Positions 1 to 9,436 of a stretch of 64,000 bases of DNA are shown piece after piece. A model generated the notes under the pieces. It was given only the letters and a program-made list of their open reading frames with translations. It was not told the DNA's origin and made no database searches. Origin of the DNA: Candidatus Hermodarchaeota archaeon (lineage in GTDB: Archaea; Asgardarchaeota; Thorarchaeia; Thorarchaeales; Thorarchaeaceae). Each line of letters starts with the position of its first letter. Within the stretch, counting starts at the first letter, position 1. Where the stretch lies: contig JBHLLF010000017.1 of assembly GCA_048885865.1 (NCBI GenBank), forward strand, positions 314 through 64,313, written 5' to 3'. Made by a program: the position numbers and the translations under genes.

Positions 1-197
1 CTGAACGGGATTTCACATTATATGTTAGGAAGCTTGCAATCGATAGGAATTGGACAATCGATTATGGCCCAGAGAAAATGATTCTAACATGTCCATACTG
101 CAACGCACGGTATACCTATCTTGCAGAAGAAGTGAAGGGCAGCTTTGCGGATTCAACAAGGTGCAAGAATTGCGATAGGCTGTTTAGACCAGAGTAG
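1..197 (+). CDS. 3' end of an ORF truncated by the window edge; C-terminal zinc-ribbon, hypothetical
   Basis: The frame is open from the window edge to TAG at 195-197. The tail ...ILTCPYCNARYTYLAEEVKGSFADSTRCKNCDRLFRPE carries CPYC and CKNC pairs. Confidence 0.35.
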   Translation, partial: ERDFTLYVRKLAIDRNWTIDYGPEKMILTCPYCNARYTYLAEEVKGSFADSTRCKNCDRLFRPE

Positions 198-279
198 AGT
201 ATTTCTCGTCTATACCTGACGAAGTCTTAAATGGCATCAGAACGCATGTCCCCCCAGAAATCTCCGAGGAGAGTTTACG

Positions 280-1341
280 ATGAGTTCTGAAGCACAAGCA
301 GTGGACGTATTCAAGTGTCCTGTCTGCAGCGGCAATGTCAAGACCGGCCCTGACGATGTCGTGATAACCTGCACTTATTGCGGTAGCACGACCACTATTG
401 AGGGGAAGGCCATTGGCGACCATCTCATGGAGTCCGGTGTAGACCTTGATGAACGTCTAAGTGGCTTCCGAGAATTCCTTGACAAGAACAAGGGCATGAA
501 CAAATCCCTTGTTCAGAAGGCTAAGGTCGTCGAGAACAAGCTACTTTTCGTGCCTGTCTGGACGGCTAAGGTCAAAGCTGACTCATGGTACAAAGGCTAC
601 AAGACTGTGCAGGTTCCAGTTCAGAAGACAAGAACCGTTCGCGACTCTGATGGCAATACTAGAACTGAGACCTACACGGACTATGAAACAGGCTATGTTC
701 CTGTGCAGGATGAGATTCATACCGATACAAATGAGCGATTGCTAGCAAGGAAAGGAGCCAGGTTCTATGGACTTGAAGAGTACCTGGAAAAGGTCGATCT
801 CAAGAAAACAGAGCCTTATAATTTTGAGAAGATAAAGGACCTAAGGTCCTTTGCGAATAATGAAGAAACGGAACTGACCCTTCTAAATGCAGAGATAGGT
901 GAGGAGGAGTTCGAGAAGACTATCCATGGTCGAGTGGCAGATCGACATCGATCACAAGCCGCAGGCGGACTCACTGAGCTATTTGACTGCAGAACGAACA
1001 CTGAAGTCCGTGGCACCACTTATCTGCAAGCACCTTTTGCTCTGGTACGCTACAAATTTGAAGGCGACCTATACAAGGCCGCGCTAGATGGGCATAGTGG
1101 AAAGGTTGTTCTGGGTGAAATTCCGATCACAAAAGCACAGCGTGCGATGTGGACCTTGTTGGGTCTTATCGGAATCGTGCTGGCGCTAATCGGTGGAGAG
1201 CTTGCATACACTCAAGCGATGCTGGCTGAACCGGAAACTGCTCTCCTACTTGGAGGAGGACTTGCTGCTGTGATTGGATGGATAATGGCGATAGCTGGGT
1301 TCCGAGTGCTGATTATGACTCAGCGGGAGAAGAAGGGGTGA
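280..1341 (+). CDS. Zinc-ribbon membrane protein (N-terminal CPVC..CTYCG ribbon, soluble middle, two C-terminal TM helices); uncharacterised
   Basis: ATG start with GAGGAG 8 nt upstream. Ribbon motif is KCPVCSGN...ITCTYCGS. Hydrophobic C-terminal segments are MWTLLGLIGIVLALIGG and LLLGGGLAAVIGWIMAIAGF. It is a paralog of the next gene. Confidence 0.75.
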   Translation: MSSEAQAVDVFKCPVCSGNVKTGPDDVVITCTYCGSTTTIEGKAIGDHLMESGVDLDERLSGFREFLDKNKGMNKSLVQKAKVVENKLLFVPVWTAKVKADSWYKGYKTVQVPVQKTRTVRDSDGNTRTETYTDYETGYVPVQDEIHTDTNERLLARKGARFYGLEEYLEKVDLKKTEPYNFEKIKDLRSFANNEETELTLLNAEIGEEEFEKTIHGRVADRHRSQAAGGLTELFDCRTNTEVRGTTYLQAPFALVRYKFEGDLYKAALDGHSGKVVLGEIPITKAQRAMWTLLGLIGIVLALIGGELAYTQAMLAEPETALLLGGGLAAVIGWIMAIAGFRVLIMTQREKKG

Positions 1342-2306
1342 TTGAATTGGCAAGATGTGCATTTTGCGACGCAGACTTTGAAGCCGGTCGTGGAGATGTC
1401 CTTTTAGTCTGTCCTTACTGCGGTACTGCACAGACTACTGAGGGCGCGAAATTCACTGACCACTACATGATACGCGTCCATTTTGATCAAGGAGAGGCTC
1501 AGACCACATTGCTGGACTGGGTTTCCAAACAGCTAGGCGCTCCTGCTGATCTGCCTGCCAAAGCCCGTTTCGTTCAGTATCAACAGTACTGGTATCCTTT
1601 CTGGATTAGCAGAGTGGACTCCAATTCGACCTATCGAGGTCTCGGTAGAGATGCGAACTTCTATGACGAGTGGCCTCAGAGAAGAGGTGCCTACAAGCGA
1701 CTCGACTACTTCTGGAAGCCAGAGTCAGGGCAATTCACTAGAAGGCATGAGATCAGTATCCCAGGCGTGAAGGATCTTGATGAAGATGTCAAGAGACATC
1801 CCATCCCGACTAGAGCAAAAGAGTTCTTCAGTCACGCACATGCTGAGGAGTTTGATGGCAAGGTTCTTCACAGCAACATCGGTGAGGATGAGGCAAAAAG
1901 CCTGGCAAAACAAATGGCATATGACAGACAGACGGCCCTTATCATGTCCGAAGTAGACAAGATTGAGGAACGTGATGATACCAATACTGTAGGGGAAACC
2001 TTTCTGGTACATGTGCCGGTTTGGGAACTAGAATACAAATACGGCAATAGCAAGTACAAGGCATCTGTGGCTGCCTCAACTGGCTATGTTATTGAGAGCA
2101 AATACCCGAGGTCCATGGCATTTCGTGCAGCAGGATTGGGATTTGGCCTCATACTCCTTCTCGGAGGAGCTGCACTTTTAGCTTTGGCATTTATGCTAGA
2201 GATGTTTGTGGGCGCTGGTCTTGCTGGTGGAAGCCTGATGGCTATTCTAGGACTGGTCTTAATGTACAAGGGCGTTTCTCGAAAAGAAGCCAAAGAACAG
2301 ATTTAG
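1338..2306 (+). CDS. Zinc-ribbon membrane protein, paralog of 280-1341; uncharacterised
   Basis: An in-frame GTG at 1338 overlaps the upstream stop (GTGA), implying translational coupling. Ribbon motif is RCAFCDA...VCPYCGT, followed by a DHYM motif as in the paralog (DHLM). C-terminal TM segments are GLGFGLILLLGGAALLALAF and GLAGGSLMAILGLVLMY. The ORF track extends the frame back to 1278. Confidence 0.72.
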   Translation: MIELARCAFCDADFEAGRGDVLLVCPYCGTAQTTEGAKFTDHYMIRVHFDQGEAQTTLLDWVSKQLGAPADLPAKARFVQYQQYWYPFWISRVDSNSTYRGLGRDANFYDEWPQRRGAYKRLDYFWKPESGQFTRRHEISIPGVKDLDEDVKRHPIPTRAKEFFSHAHAEEFDGKVLHSNIGEDEAKSLAKQMAYDRQTALIMSEVDKIEERDDTNTVGETFLVHVPVWELEYKYGNSKYKASVAASTGYVIESKYPRSMAFRAAGLGFGLILLLGGAALLALAFMLEMFVGAGLAGGSLMAILGLVLMYKGVSRKEAKEQI

Positions 2307-2339
2307 GGGCTCAGCCCCTATTCTTTCTTTTTTTATTTC
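2306..2339. terminator. Hairpin plus T-tract between convergent genes
   Basis: GGGGC-tca-GCCCC stem-loop at 2306-2318, followed by tattctttctttttttatttc. Confidence 0.5.
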
Positions 2340-3562
2340 TAAATCACAGTGTGAACTAGGGGATGAGCTGTTTCCTCCAGTCCGAGTAGCTCGAGTAGGG
2401 GATTGTTTGAAGCCCATCTCCCTAGTTCTGGTCGGAGGACAGAATCAAGCACTGCCAGAGCATTGCCCTTGTCTTCCATTACAACAGGAGTGGATAGGAG
2501 TGCTTCCTTCACTCCGGCTCTTGTAATCCAAGGGCCGAGAGAATTGTTTCTGACACTGCGAGAGAAATGGAATATGATATTGTGTGAAGCCTGCCTTTCA
2601 GCGGCCATTGTGTAGTAGGTCGAAAACCGGGCATTGTCAGCATGAACTGAAGTCGTGGTGTCGGTTGATGGACAACGAAGATCTTCCAGACTACTTGAAC
2701 AACTGAGGCCTCCTTGCCTCTTTTCCATTCTAAGGTAGTCAACCCTTGCTTCGCCAGGAATGGATAGAACTGTGAAACTATCACCAAGCAACGTTGCCAT
2801 ATAGATCTTCGACTCACGCGCCTGGGGGCAATCAGCTAGTTCTATTATGCATCGGCTGATGATTGTATCAATGGTTTCCTTGTAGGCGCTCCGTAGGGGC
2901 ATCATTCTTCTATGAGCAAATGGACCCAAGAGACCAACTGACATCAGACGGGCAATTTGGTCGAGAGTATAGTCAAAATTCAACAGATTCCATATTGCTT
3001 CAGATGCTGGGATGTCCATCTCAGTAACACGCTTAGCTACCTTGCTGACTTCAGGTTCAGACATTATCTCAATATTACTGGCATTGATTAGTGGACCGCA
3101 TGGCAAAAGCCCTCCCAGTGAATGGAGTTGAGGATGACATACCTCATCGACTTGAACATTGAGAGCTACCGGACTCGCCGAGAGAGCCAGTGTCTGCAGG
3201 ACTTCTATTATTCTTCTTGGTTCAGCTTCTCCCGAATCAATTGGAAGAACGAACCTGAGTAGGTTCTTCCTCATGTTGAAAATCGCATTTCGCTCAAGTC
3301 CTTTCCACGATTCGGGATGGTCATAGATTGATAGCCACTCAGAGGGATTAGGCGTTGCCAAGATTCCAGCAGTTAGAATAGGATATTTCGCAGTTTCAAT
3401 GAATAAGCCAGGGGGGCTGTAGACTATCAGGCTTCTCTTCCGCGAAGCCGATTCAATCTGCGATTGGGATTTGAAGACCTGAGAGACCACCATTGCCAAG
3501 CCCCTGCCTGAGAGTATGGACCCTGCGTCATATGGGGTCGCTTTGCTAAGTTCATTCTCCAA
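2339..3562 (-). CDS. Hypothetical protein (407 aa), no family recognised
   Basis: Long ORF with non-repetitive, globular-looking composition. TTG start at 3562; an alternative ATG lies about 23 codons downstream. I recognised no motifs. Confidence 0.6.
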   Translation of the reverse strand: MENELSKATPYDAGSILSGRGLAMVVSQVFKSQSQIESASRKRSLIVYSPPGLFIETAKYPILTAGILATPNPSEWLSIYDHPESWKGLERNAIFNMRKNLLRFVLPIDSGEAEPRRIIEVLQTLALSASPVALNVQVDEVCHPQLHSLGGLLPCGPLINASNIEIMSEPEVSKVAKRVTEMDIPASEAIWNLLNFDYTLDQIARLMSVGLLGPFAHRRMMPLRSAYKETIDTIISRCIIELADCPQARESKIYMATLLGDSFTVLSIPGEARVDYLRMEKRQGGLSCSSSLEDLRCPSTDTTTSVHADNARFSTYYTMAAERQASHNIIFHFSRSVRNNSLGPWITRAGVKEALLSTPVVMEDKGNALAVLDSVLRPELGRWASNNPLLELLGLEETAHPLVHTVI

Positions 3563-3635
3563 TCCAATAATGCACTATCACGAATCGTTATGTCGTGGGG
3601 AGGCCCCACCGAGACTATTCGCTGATGTACAGGAG

Positions 3636-4841
3636 CTATTCACGTAGTCTAGAGCGCAGACGGTCTAGAATTCTGAAATAGAGTTCATCAGGGTCACTTG
3701 TTTCAGAGAAACCGCCAGTATAGACATCGCGACTTCCTCCACCTCTTCCACCCATCTCATCCACAATGTGAGCTATATATTCACTTGCTTCCAATGGCAT
3801 TTCAATTGTGCTCAGTGTCAGAGTCGATTTTCTACTTGGTATGAAGAGCAGAATTACTGAAGGACCTGAAAGCTGGATCTTCTTTAGGATGCTCTTAATC
3901 TCCTTTGCGTCCAACCCGGGGATGCATTCGTGGATAAGGGTGATGCCCTCAATGTCTTCACAAGTGATTCCTTCTGAGATTAGCTTGACAACCTTTTCCT
4001 TGAGCAGCTTCTGATTAGCGACTTCAGATTTTGCCTTATCAAGAACCTCACCAATTTGTTCCATCTCGAATGGGTAGTGGTGTTTGCGACGAAGGACTTG
4101 ATTGAATGTCGCCATCAAGACTTTCTTGGCCTTTGGTCCAGAAGCAAATGTCACTCTGGTAACATTGTCTTTTGCTTTGAAATCAATGACCTTGAAGAGT
4201 TCAATATCACGCGTATTGGCTACATGTATTCCTGAACAAGCGGAGGTATCGTGATCTCCTACACTCACTATTCTCATCGTTTCGTGCTTGTCAGTCAATC
4301 CCTCTCGTGCTCTGACTTCTGTGCTGACTTCAGATGCTTTCACCAGTTTGGTTTCCACTGGAATACCTTTCTCAATCATATATTGCACGTTGAGTTCTGC
4401 ATCAACCAACTCGTCAATTCCAAGTTCTCCCCCTTCAAGATCCACGGTGCCTCGGTTTCCATCTATCCAGATGTATCCAAGCTCGATTTCTGGATGTTTC
4501 CTCTTTATTGCTGCCACGAACAAATGTTCACCAGTATGATTCCTCATCATTGCTCTACGCCAACTCATGTCAATGTGGATAGTAGCTGTCGTTCCTGGAT
4601 CAATGGGTGAGTCAGCAATAAGCGCCAGATTACCTTTGATTCTAGCAGTTTCATTGAACTTCGAAACTCTATCGCCAAATCGAATCTTGCCTTTGTCACC
4701 ACCCTGCCCGCCTCCTGCGGCCCTGACAACCTCATCGCTGATAATTATCTGGTAATGATCATCAGACTTCATGCAAGCTGCAATTTCAACTGCAAACTGG
4801 CCCTTTTCGGGGTCGGACCAATACGGAAATTCATAAGTCAA
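3636..4841 (-). CDS. alaX: Alanyl-tRNA editing protein AlaX-L type (tRNA synthetase second additional domain plus DHHA1-like C-terminus)
   Basis: HTGEHLF (HxxxH) and ACSGIHV (CxxxH) are the zinc motifs of the AlaRS/ThrRS editing SAD domain. The C-terminus has a GGRGGGSRDVYTGG DHHA1-like motif. TTG start. Confidence 0.85.
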   Translation of the reverse strand: MTYEFPYWSDPEKGQFAVEIAACMKSDDHYQIIISDEVVRAAGGGQGGDKGKIRFGDRVSKFNETARIKGNLALIADSPIDPGTTATIHIDMSWRRAMMRNHTGEHLFVAAIKRKHPEIELGYIWIDGNRGTVDLEGGELGIDELVDAELNVQYMIEKGIPVETKLVKASEVSTEVRAREGLTDKHETMRIVSVGDHDTSACSGIHVANTRDIELFKVIDFKAKDNVTRVTFASGPKAKKVLMATFNQVLRRKHHYPFEMEQIGEVLDKAKSEVANQKLLKEKVVKLISEGITCEDIEGITLIHECIPGLDAKEIKSILKKIQLSGPSVILLFIPSRKSTLTLSTIEMPLEASEYIAHIVDEMGGRGGGSRDVYTGGFSETSDPDELYFRILDRLRSRLRE

Positions 4842-4921
4842 CGAAATTCACATCCGCCGAAATCGATAAAGCAGGGACGCACAGGTTCTATACTAACCTA
4901 CCGGATAAGTAGAGGCGATAA

Positions 4922-6172
4922 TTGATGTCTAGATTCCTCAAAAGAGATCCACTAAAGAAAGCCAAGAAACATGTTGAGAAAGCACTAAAGGAGCTGGAGG
5001 ACGACTACCCGGATTACGCCAGTACGGAATATGAGAAAGCTGCATGCTTGTTCTTTGAGGAGCGGGAGATCGATTTTGCTGTGAAATACTTCAGAGAAGC
5101 AGCCAATTGCGCACTCATTGCTGATGACCACTCACGAGGAGCTGATATGAAAATTGAAGCCGCAAATGCACTTCTGTCAGATGCTAGGTTTGATGAAGGT
5201 GGCGCACTTCTATCTGAGGCTTCTGACCATCTCTTTAGAGTGAAGAAACACAAGGGCTCGCTGAGGGCACTTGCAGTAGCAATCATATGTTATCTTGCTG
5301 CCAGAAACTTCAGTACTGCTGTGAATCTCACACGAAAAGCTGAGAAGCGTTTCTCTGGGTCGCCAGTGAAGGAGCCGATGTTTAGCTTTGCGCAGCTTTC
5401 AACAGAGGTTCTTTGTGAAGGTGCTTCCCCAGATGACAAAGTGGTGAGCAAAGCAATTAGCGCGGTTAAGCCAAGGCCTGCAGAGGGAGATCTGGTCAAA
5501 TTTGTTGCGGAGTCTGTAAAGCTAGCCCAGAAGACCGAGGTTGTGATTGAATGGGCTGGAGCTACTCAGAATGAGATCAATGTCAAAACTCCTATTGAGT
5601 TTGAGTTGCGTTACAAATGCCCTGCTCCAGTAAAGGTGGTGGATCGCAGATATACGTTGTCAAAAAGCTTGAAATTCACAAAGGAGCCAAACATCGAGCC
5701 ACGACTTGGCAAAGAGGACTCCTGGCTCCTCGAGGTTCTTCCAGTTCTGAGCGGTGATGGATCAGTGGGACCATTCAATTTGACGCTTGAAGGAGAAAGC
5801 GTATTGGTTCACAAAATCAGCAATACAATCGATTTTCGAATCGCCCGTGCTCCCTCTGATTTGAAGATGAATCTTACACCTGAACGTTTGTCGTGTGCAT
5901 TGGGTGACGAGTCTATCTTTGACGTTGAGTTTGTGAATGAGGGCGATGGGCCAGCAGACAACATAAAGGTCACAGTCGAGTTGTCGGACGGCCTAGAAAT
6001 ATCGTTGGGCAGCACTGAGAAGACTATCCAATTCATTGGCCCCAGGGAACGAATGAGATTCCAGATTTTTGTCAGAGGAGTTTCTATTGGGGATGAAGTT
6101 GTAACCGTCAAAGCTGTTGATAGCAGAGTTGGTGAGGAGATAGCGAAGTCGTCAACTGTAAGAGTTGCCTAA
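4922..6172 (+). CDS. Cytoplasmic helical-repeat (TPR/SNAP-like) protein fused to two beta-sandwich domains, the last CARDB/DUF11-like
   Basis: No signal peptide. The N-terminal ~170 aa form helical hairpins (YEKAACLFFEEREIDFAVKYFREAANCAL...). The C-terminus, FDVEFVNEGDGPADNIKVTVELSDGLE...VVTVKA, is typical of CARDB-type sandwiches. Start is TTG 4922 or ATG 4925. Confidence 0.7.
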   Translation: MMSRFLKRDPLKKAKKHVEKALKELEDDYPDYASTEYEKAACLFFEEREIDFAVKYFREAANCALIADDHSRGADMKIEAANALLSDARFDEGGALLSEASDHLFRVKKHKGSLRALAVAIICYLAARNFSTAVNLTRKAEKRFSGSPVKEPMFSFAQLSTEVLCEGASPDDKVVSKAISAVKPRPAEGDLVKFVAESVKLAQKTEVVIEWAGATQNEINVKTPIEFELRYKCPAPVKVVDRRYTLSKSLKFTKEPNIEPRLGKEDSWLLEVLPVLSGDGSVGPFNLTLEGESVLVHKISNTIDFRIARAPSDLKMNLTPERLSCALGDESIFDVEFVNEGDGPADNIKVTVELSDGLEISLGSTEKTIQFIGPRERMRFQIFVRGVSIGDEVVTVKAVDSRVGEEIAKSSTVRVA

Positions 6173-6176
6173 AGAC

Positions 6177-7004
6177 TCACTTTCCTCTTCGCCGTTTCTT
6201 CTGGTTCTCTTGGAGGATGTTTAGACAGGCGCCCATTAGCTCCTGAATTGTATCTTGACCTTTGAAGGCCTTGAGATGGTCATCAGCGTCATCAAGTTCA
6301 TTTGCTGTCAGTGCTTCAACAAATGAAACAAGAGTTTCAAGCCATTCTCCTCTTGTCTTCTCGATTGCACGACGCGCCTTCTCTATCCTGTCTTTTGCCT
6401 CCGTTGTCTTCTCAATAGTTGCTAATCCCATGGCTGCCAATGAAAGATCTATGACAGCGCTTTGGGGCTTACCTTCCTTAACAGCTTTTTCTGCAGCCTT
6501 GTCGTACAGATTGCCCATGTTCTCAGCACATGTAAGGAAATATTCACTATTACCGAGCTTGTGACATGCAAAGGCTGCCCAGAGATATGCTTGAGCAGCA
6601 GTTTCGGTTAGATTCTCCTTGAGGGCGTATTCTGCTGCATGCTCAAAGAGCGTCAATGCTGTATCAAATTCACCTACCTGCTTATACTGTGTAGCAGCCT
6701 CGAAATAACCCGTCGCCGCCGCTTTGTTGTCATCCTCAGAAACCTTTTCCTCTGCATACATGTGATAATACTCTGCTGCCTTGCGAGTCATATCAATAAC
6801 TCTGTCGAGATAGCATCCTGCTGCCTGTTTATACTGGTTGGCAGCTTGGTAGAAATTCTCACTATCTGCGAACTCACCAGCGAGGCGTTCCCACTGTGCA
6901 CATTCTTCTTCCATCTCATTCTCGACCTCAGTCAAAGCTAAATGTACGGCGGACTCACTGAGTCTCCCGAGTTGGGTGCGTACGGTACTTCCTGTCAAGC
7001 ACAA
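6177..7004 (-). CDS. TPR-like all-helical protein with SNAP (soluble NSF attachment protein)-like repeat pattern
   Basis: Repeated A..Y..AA..Y hairpins (ENFYQAANQYKQAAGCY, ATGYFEAATQYKQVGEFDTALTLFEHAAEYA, AAQAYLWAAFACHKLG). The C-terminal segment is LVSFVEALTANELDDADDHLKAFKG. TTG start at 7004; an alternative ATG lies near 6914. Confidence 0.65.
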   Translation of the reverse strand: MCLTGSTVRTQLGRLSESAVHLALTEVENEMEEECAQWERLAGEFADSENFYQAANQYKQAAGCYLDRVIDMTRKAAEYYHMYAEEKVSEDDNKAAATGYFEAATQYKQVGEFDTALTLFEHAAEYALKENLTETAAQAYLWAAFACHKLGNSEYFLTCAENMGNLYDKAAEKAVKEGKPQSAVIDLSLAAMGLATIEKTTEAKDRIEKARRAIEKTRGEWLETLVSFVEALTANELDDADDHLKAFKGQDTIQELMGACLNILQENQKKRRRGK

Positions 7005-7081
7005 ATATGTTACTCCGACAGAGTTGCCTCGAAAAATCGAGCATTTCCTGAAAGGCGGACTATTCTCCTAGTGAGTTTATA

Positions 7082-9376
7082 TTGCCAATTGTGAGGCCGG
7101 GTTGTAAGGTGGAGGTATTGAAACGCGTCCTTCCTATGATTCTTATAGCAATATTCCTCGCAAGTCTAACGATCACACCTTCAGCTATCACAATAGCGAG
7201 TTCTGAGGTGTCACCAATGGACTTCGCAATTCCCTCACAGGTTGGAGAGCATACCGCTAGGGTGGCGATCTATGATGAGGATAACACAACAGCTCCCGTC
7301 GAGGCAGGTGCATCGCCCGCACTGTCTGGTCTAACAAACAATGTTGACGAATTGAAGACTCTACTCGAGGGAGCGGGCCATGATGTAACATTGGTTACAA
7401 CTCAAGATATTCTCGACCATGAATTAATCACTGCAAACTTTGACGTATTTGTCTTGGTCAACAATCTTCCAAGACTAGGCATCACGAAGCTTGTCAAAGA
7501 GTTCTGGCTTGGAGGTGGAGGTCTTCTAACTTTCCACAAGGCTTTCAGTTACTTGAACTATGAATCAATTATTTTGCCTGGACTAGCTGCAGATGGTTAT
7601 GGACTTCTCTGGGGCAATCAGAGCTGTGATATCCTGAATGTTGTTGCTCGGCATCCAACCATGAAGGATTATCACATAAATGACACAGTTTCCGAGAGGC
7701 CATATGACTGGACAGTTATTGCGGAGTCTGTGCTAGATGGATCGGATGTGTGGTCATATATGACCCCACTCCTAAAGAATCTAACAAACATCAACTTGAT
7801 CTACGGACTTGCAATGGACAGTAGATATGAAGGCGGCCGACTTGTTCATCTTCCAGGTGATGGACAATCTATAGCAGCTGATTTTGAAAGCATCATAAAG
7901 GACTCCGTAGAATGGCTGGTGCCAAAACCAAAGGGGTGCATTGCATACGACCTCTCTCACCAACCACGCTTGTGTGTGGATCCATGGGATGTTGATTTTG
8001 CCACTGTCTACAATCCTCTTAACAGCTTCACTCAATTCAGATCTCTTGCAGTGAATCACACATTCACCTTTGACAAATTCTATCCTTCAGCTTCAGGAAA
8101 CTTTACAGCTGAGCGACTATCAGACTATGACGTTCTAGTCATTGACTGGCCTGACCTGAACTTCACAACTGCTGAAATACTGGCTGTTGAGCAATGGGTG
8201 AGTGAAGGAGGTAGCCTATTGATGCTCGGGGATAGAACGGGTCTAGGTGGAGATGGAAATGACTACATCAACTCGATGCTTCAGAATTTCGACATGAATC
8301 TTGGCACGTCGGATATTCTAGGAAATCTGGCGATGACGGCTGAAACTCACGTAACATTGGAGAATTGCGTTGAGATTATCCTAGGCAACCGCAATTATCT
8401 GAACGTCATAGGTGCTGCTGTTGAGATTTGGACTGACTCTGGAAATGCTGTTGTGGCAGCACAAGAATTCGGAGAAGGAAGAGCTGTCCTTGCTTCAGAT
8501 ATGAATATCTTTGACAATTCACTGCTGCCTCAAGAGTCGAATGACGTATTTGCGTTGAACGTTTTGAATTGGCTAACCGCCAACGATGCCACAACACTTG
8601 TCTTCACCACTTACGGAGGTTATCATGCAGACGTTGCAACAGCGATGAGGGATCTTGGTCGTCCGTTCCAGCTCGCTACAGCAAATGATTATCTTGATGA
8701 CTTCCTAGATTCCAAGACTTGGGATCTCGTCATTGTGGATCAGTCCAACTACTTCTTTGACACACCTCATCTCGATGCGCTATATGCGTATGTCGATGGT
8801 GGAGGGAAACTGCTAATGTCATATTTTGACATTGATGATGACTCAACGCACCCGCTTTGGTCCAAATTGGGTGTGGAGTTCTCTTCGACACTATCTGGGG
8901 AACCTTCCATGTACATATGGGATGTATCTCATGACATATTTACCGAACCTAATGACCGCAATGCGGCTAACTTTACATCCAATGTGTTCTTTTCAGATGA
9001 TGGCGATACACTGACAGTCTTGTCAGGGTACACAGCACTGGCAGGGAGCACAACAGATGTGCAAGATGGCAATGCGCTCATCATTGTGAGCAATGACAAA
9101 CAGACTCTCTATAACGGCTATCTTATTGATACATGCACAGGTGATGAGGATGATTCGACATATCGAGACTCCGTTGAGCTCTGGCAGAACGAGATAGTGT
9201 TCATGACAACTCCCGGAGGCGGACTGCCCTTTGATCTTGATTTGACGACGCTTCTTATCATTGGTGGAGCTGTTCTTGCTCTCATCCTGATTCTTGTTCT
9301 TGTATCACGCCGCCGTTCTGGTGGCTCTACTCCCAAGAAGCAGCCCAAGAAGAAGCCTGCCAAGAAGAAGAAATGA
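7082..9376 (+). CDS. Membrane-anchored surface protein with three flavodoxin-fold/GATase1-like (DUF4350/ThuA-like) modules
   Basis: N-terminal signal/anchor LPMILIAIFLASLTITPSA. The three modules are ARVAIYDED...FDVFVLVNN...GGGGLLTF; YDVLVIDWPD...GGSLLMLGD; and WDLVIVDQSN...GGGKLLMSY. C-terminal tail is TPGGGLPFDLDL + TM + SRRR..KKKK. Confidence 0.75.
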   Translation: MPIVRPGCKVEVLKRVLPMILIAIFLASLTITPSAITIASSEVSPMDFAIPSQVGEHTARVAIYDEDNTTAPVEAGASPALSGLTNNVDELKTLLEGAGHDVTLVTTQDILDHELITANFDVFVLVNNLPRLGITKLVKEFWLGGGGLLTFHKAFSYLNYESIILPGLAADGYGLLWGNQSCDILNVVARHPTMKDYHINDTVSERPYDWTVIAESVLDGSDVWSYMTPLLKNLTNINLIYGLAMDSRYEGGRLVHLPGDGQSIAADFESIIKDSVEWLVPKPKGCIAYDLSHQPRLCVDPWDVDFATVYNPLNSFTQFRSLAVNHTFTFDKFYPSASGNFTAERLSDYDVLVIDWPDLNFTTAEILAVEQWVSEGGSLLMLGDRTGLGGDGNDYINSMLQNFDMNLGTSDILGNLAMTAETHVTLENCVEIILGNRNYLNVIGAAVEIWTDSGNAVVAAQEFGEGRAVLASDMNIFDNSLLPQESNDVFALNVLNWLTANDATTLVFTTYGGYHADVATAMRDLGRPFQLATANDYLDDFLDSKTWDLVIVDQSNYFFDTPHLDALYAYVDGGGKLLMSYFDIDDDSTHPLWSKLGVEFSSTLSGEPSMYIWDVSHDIFTEPNDRNAANFTSNVFFSDDGDTLTVLSGYTALAGSTTDVQDGNALIIVSNDKQTLYNGYLIDTCTGDEDDSTYRDSVELWQNEIVFMTTPGGGLPFDLDLTTLLIIGGAVLALILILVLVSRRRSGGSTPKKQPKKKPAKKKK

Positions 9377-9385
9377 ATTCTATAA

Positions 9386-9420
9386 AAGCCCTCGTCATGA
9401 GGGCTTCCTCTTCTTTTTTA
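9386..9420. terminator. Hairpin plus T-tract between convergent genes
   Basis: AAGCCCTC-gtcat-GAGGGCTT stem-loop at 9386-9406, then cctcttctttttta. Confidence 0.5.
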
Positions 9421-9436
9421 CACCTTTGAACTGCAG

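Noticed and set aside
3427-3609. 60-aa minus-strand ORF overlapping the 5' end of gene 2339-3562, and a GTGGGG-ag-g-CCCCAC hairpin at 3594-3609
   Set aside because: The ORF is in a different frame, overlaps a longer gene and is Arg/Leu-rich. The hairpin lacks a T-tract on the relevant strand, so a terminator call for alaX is not supported.
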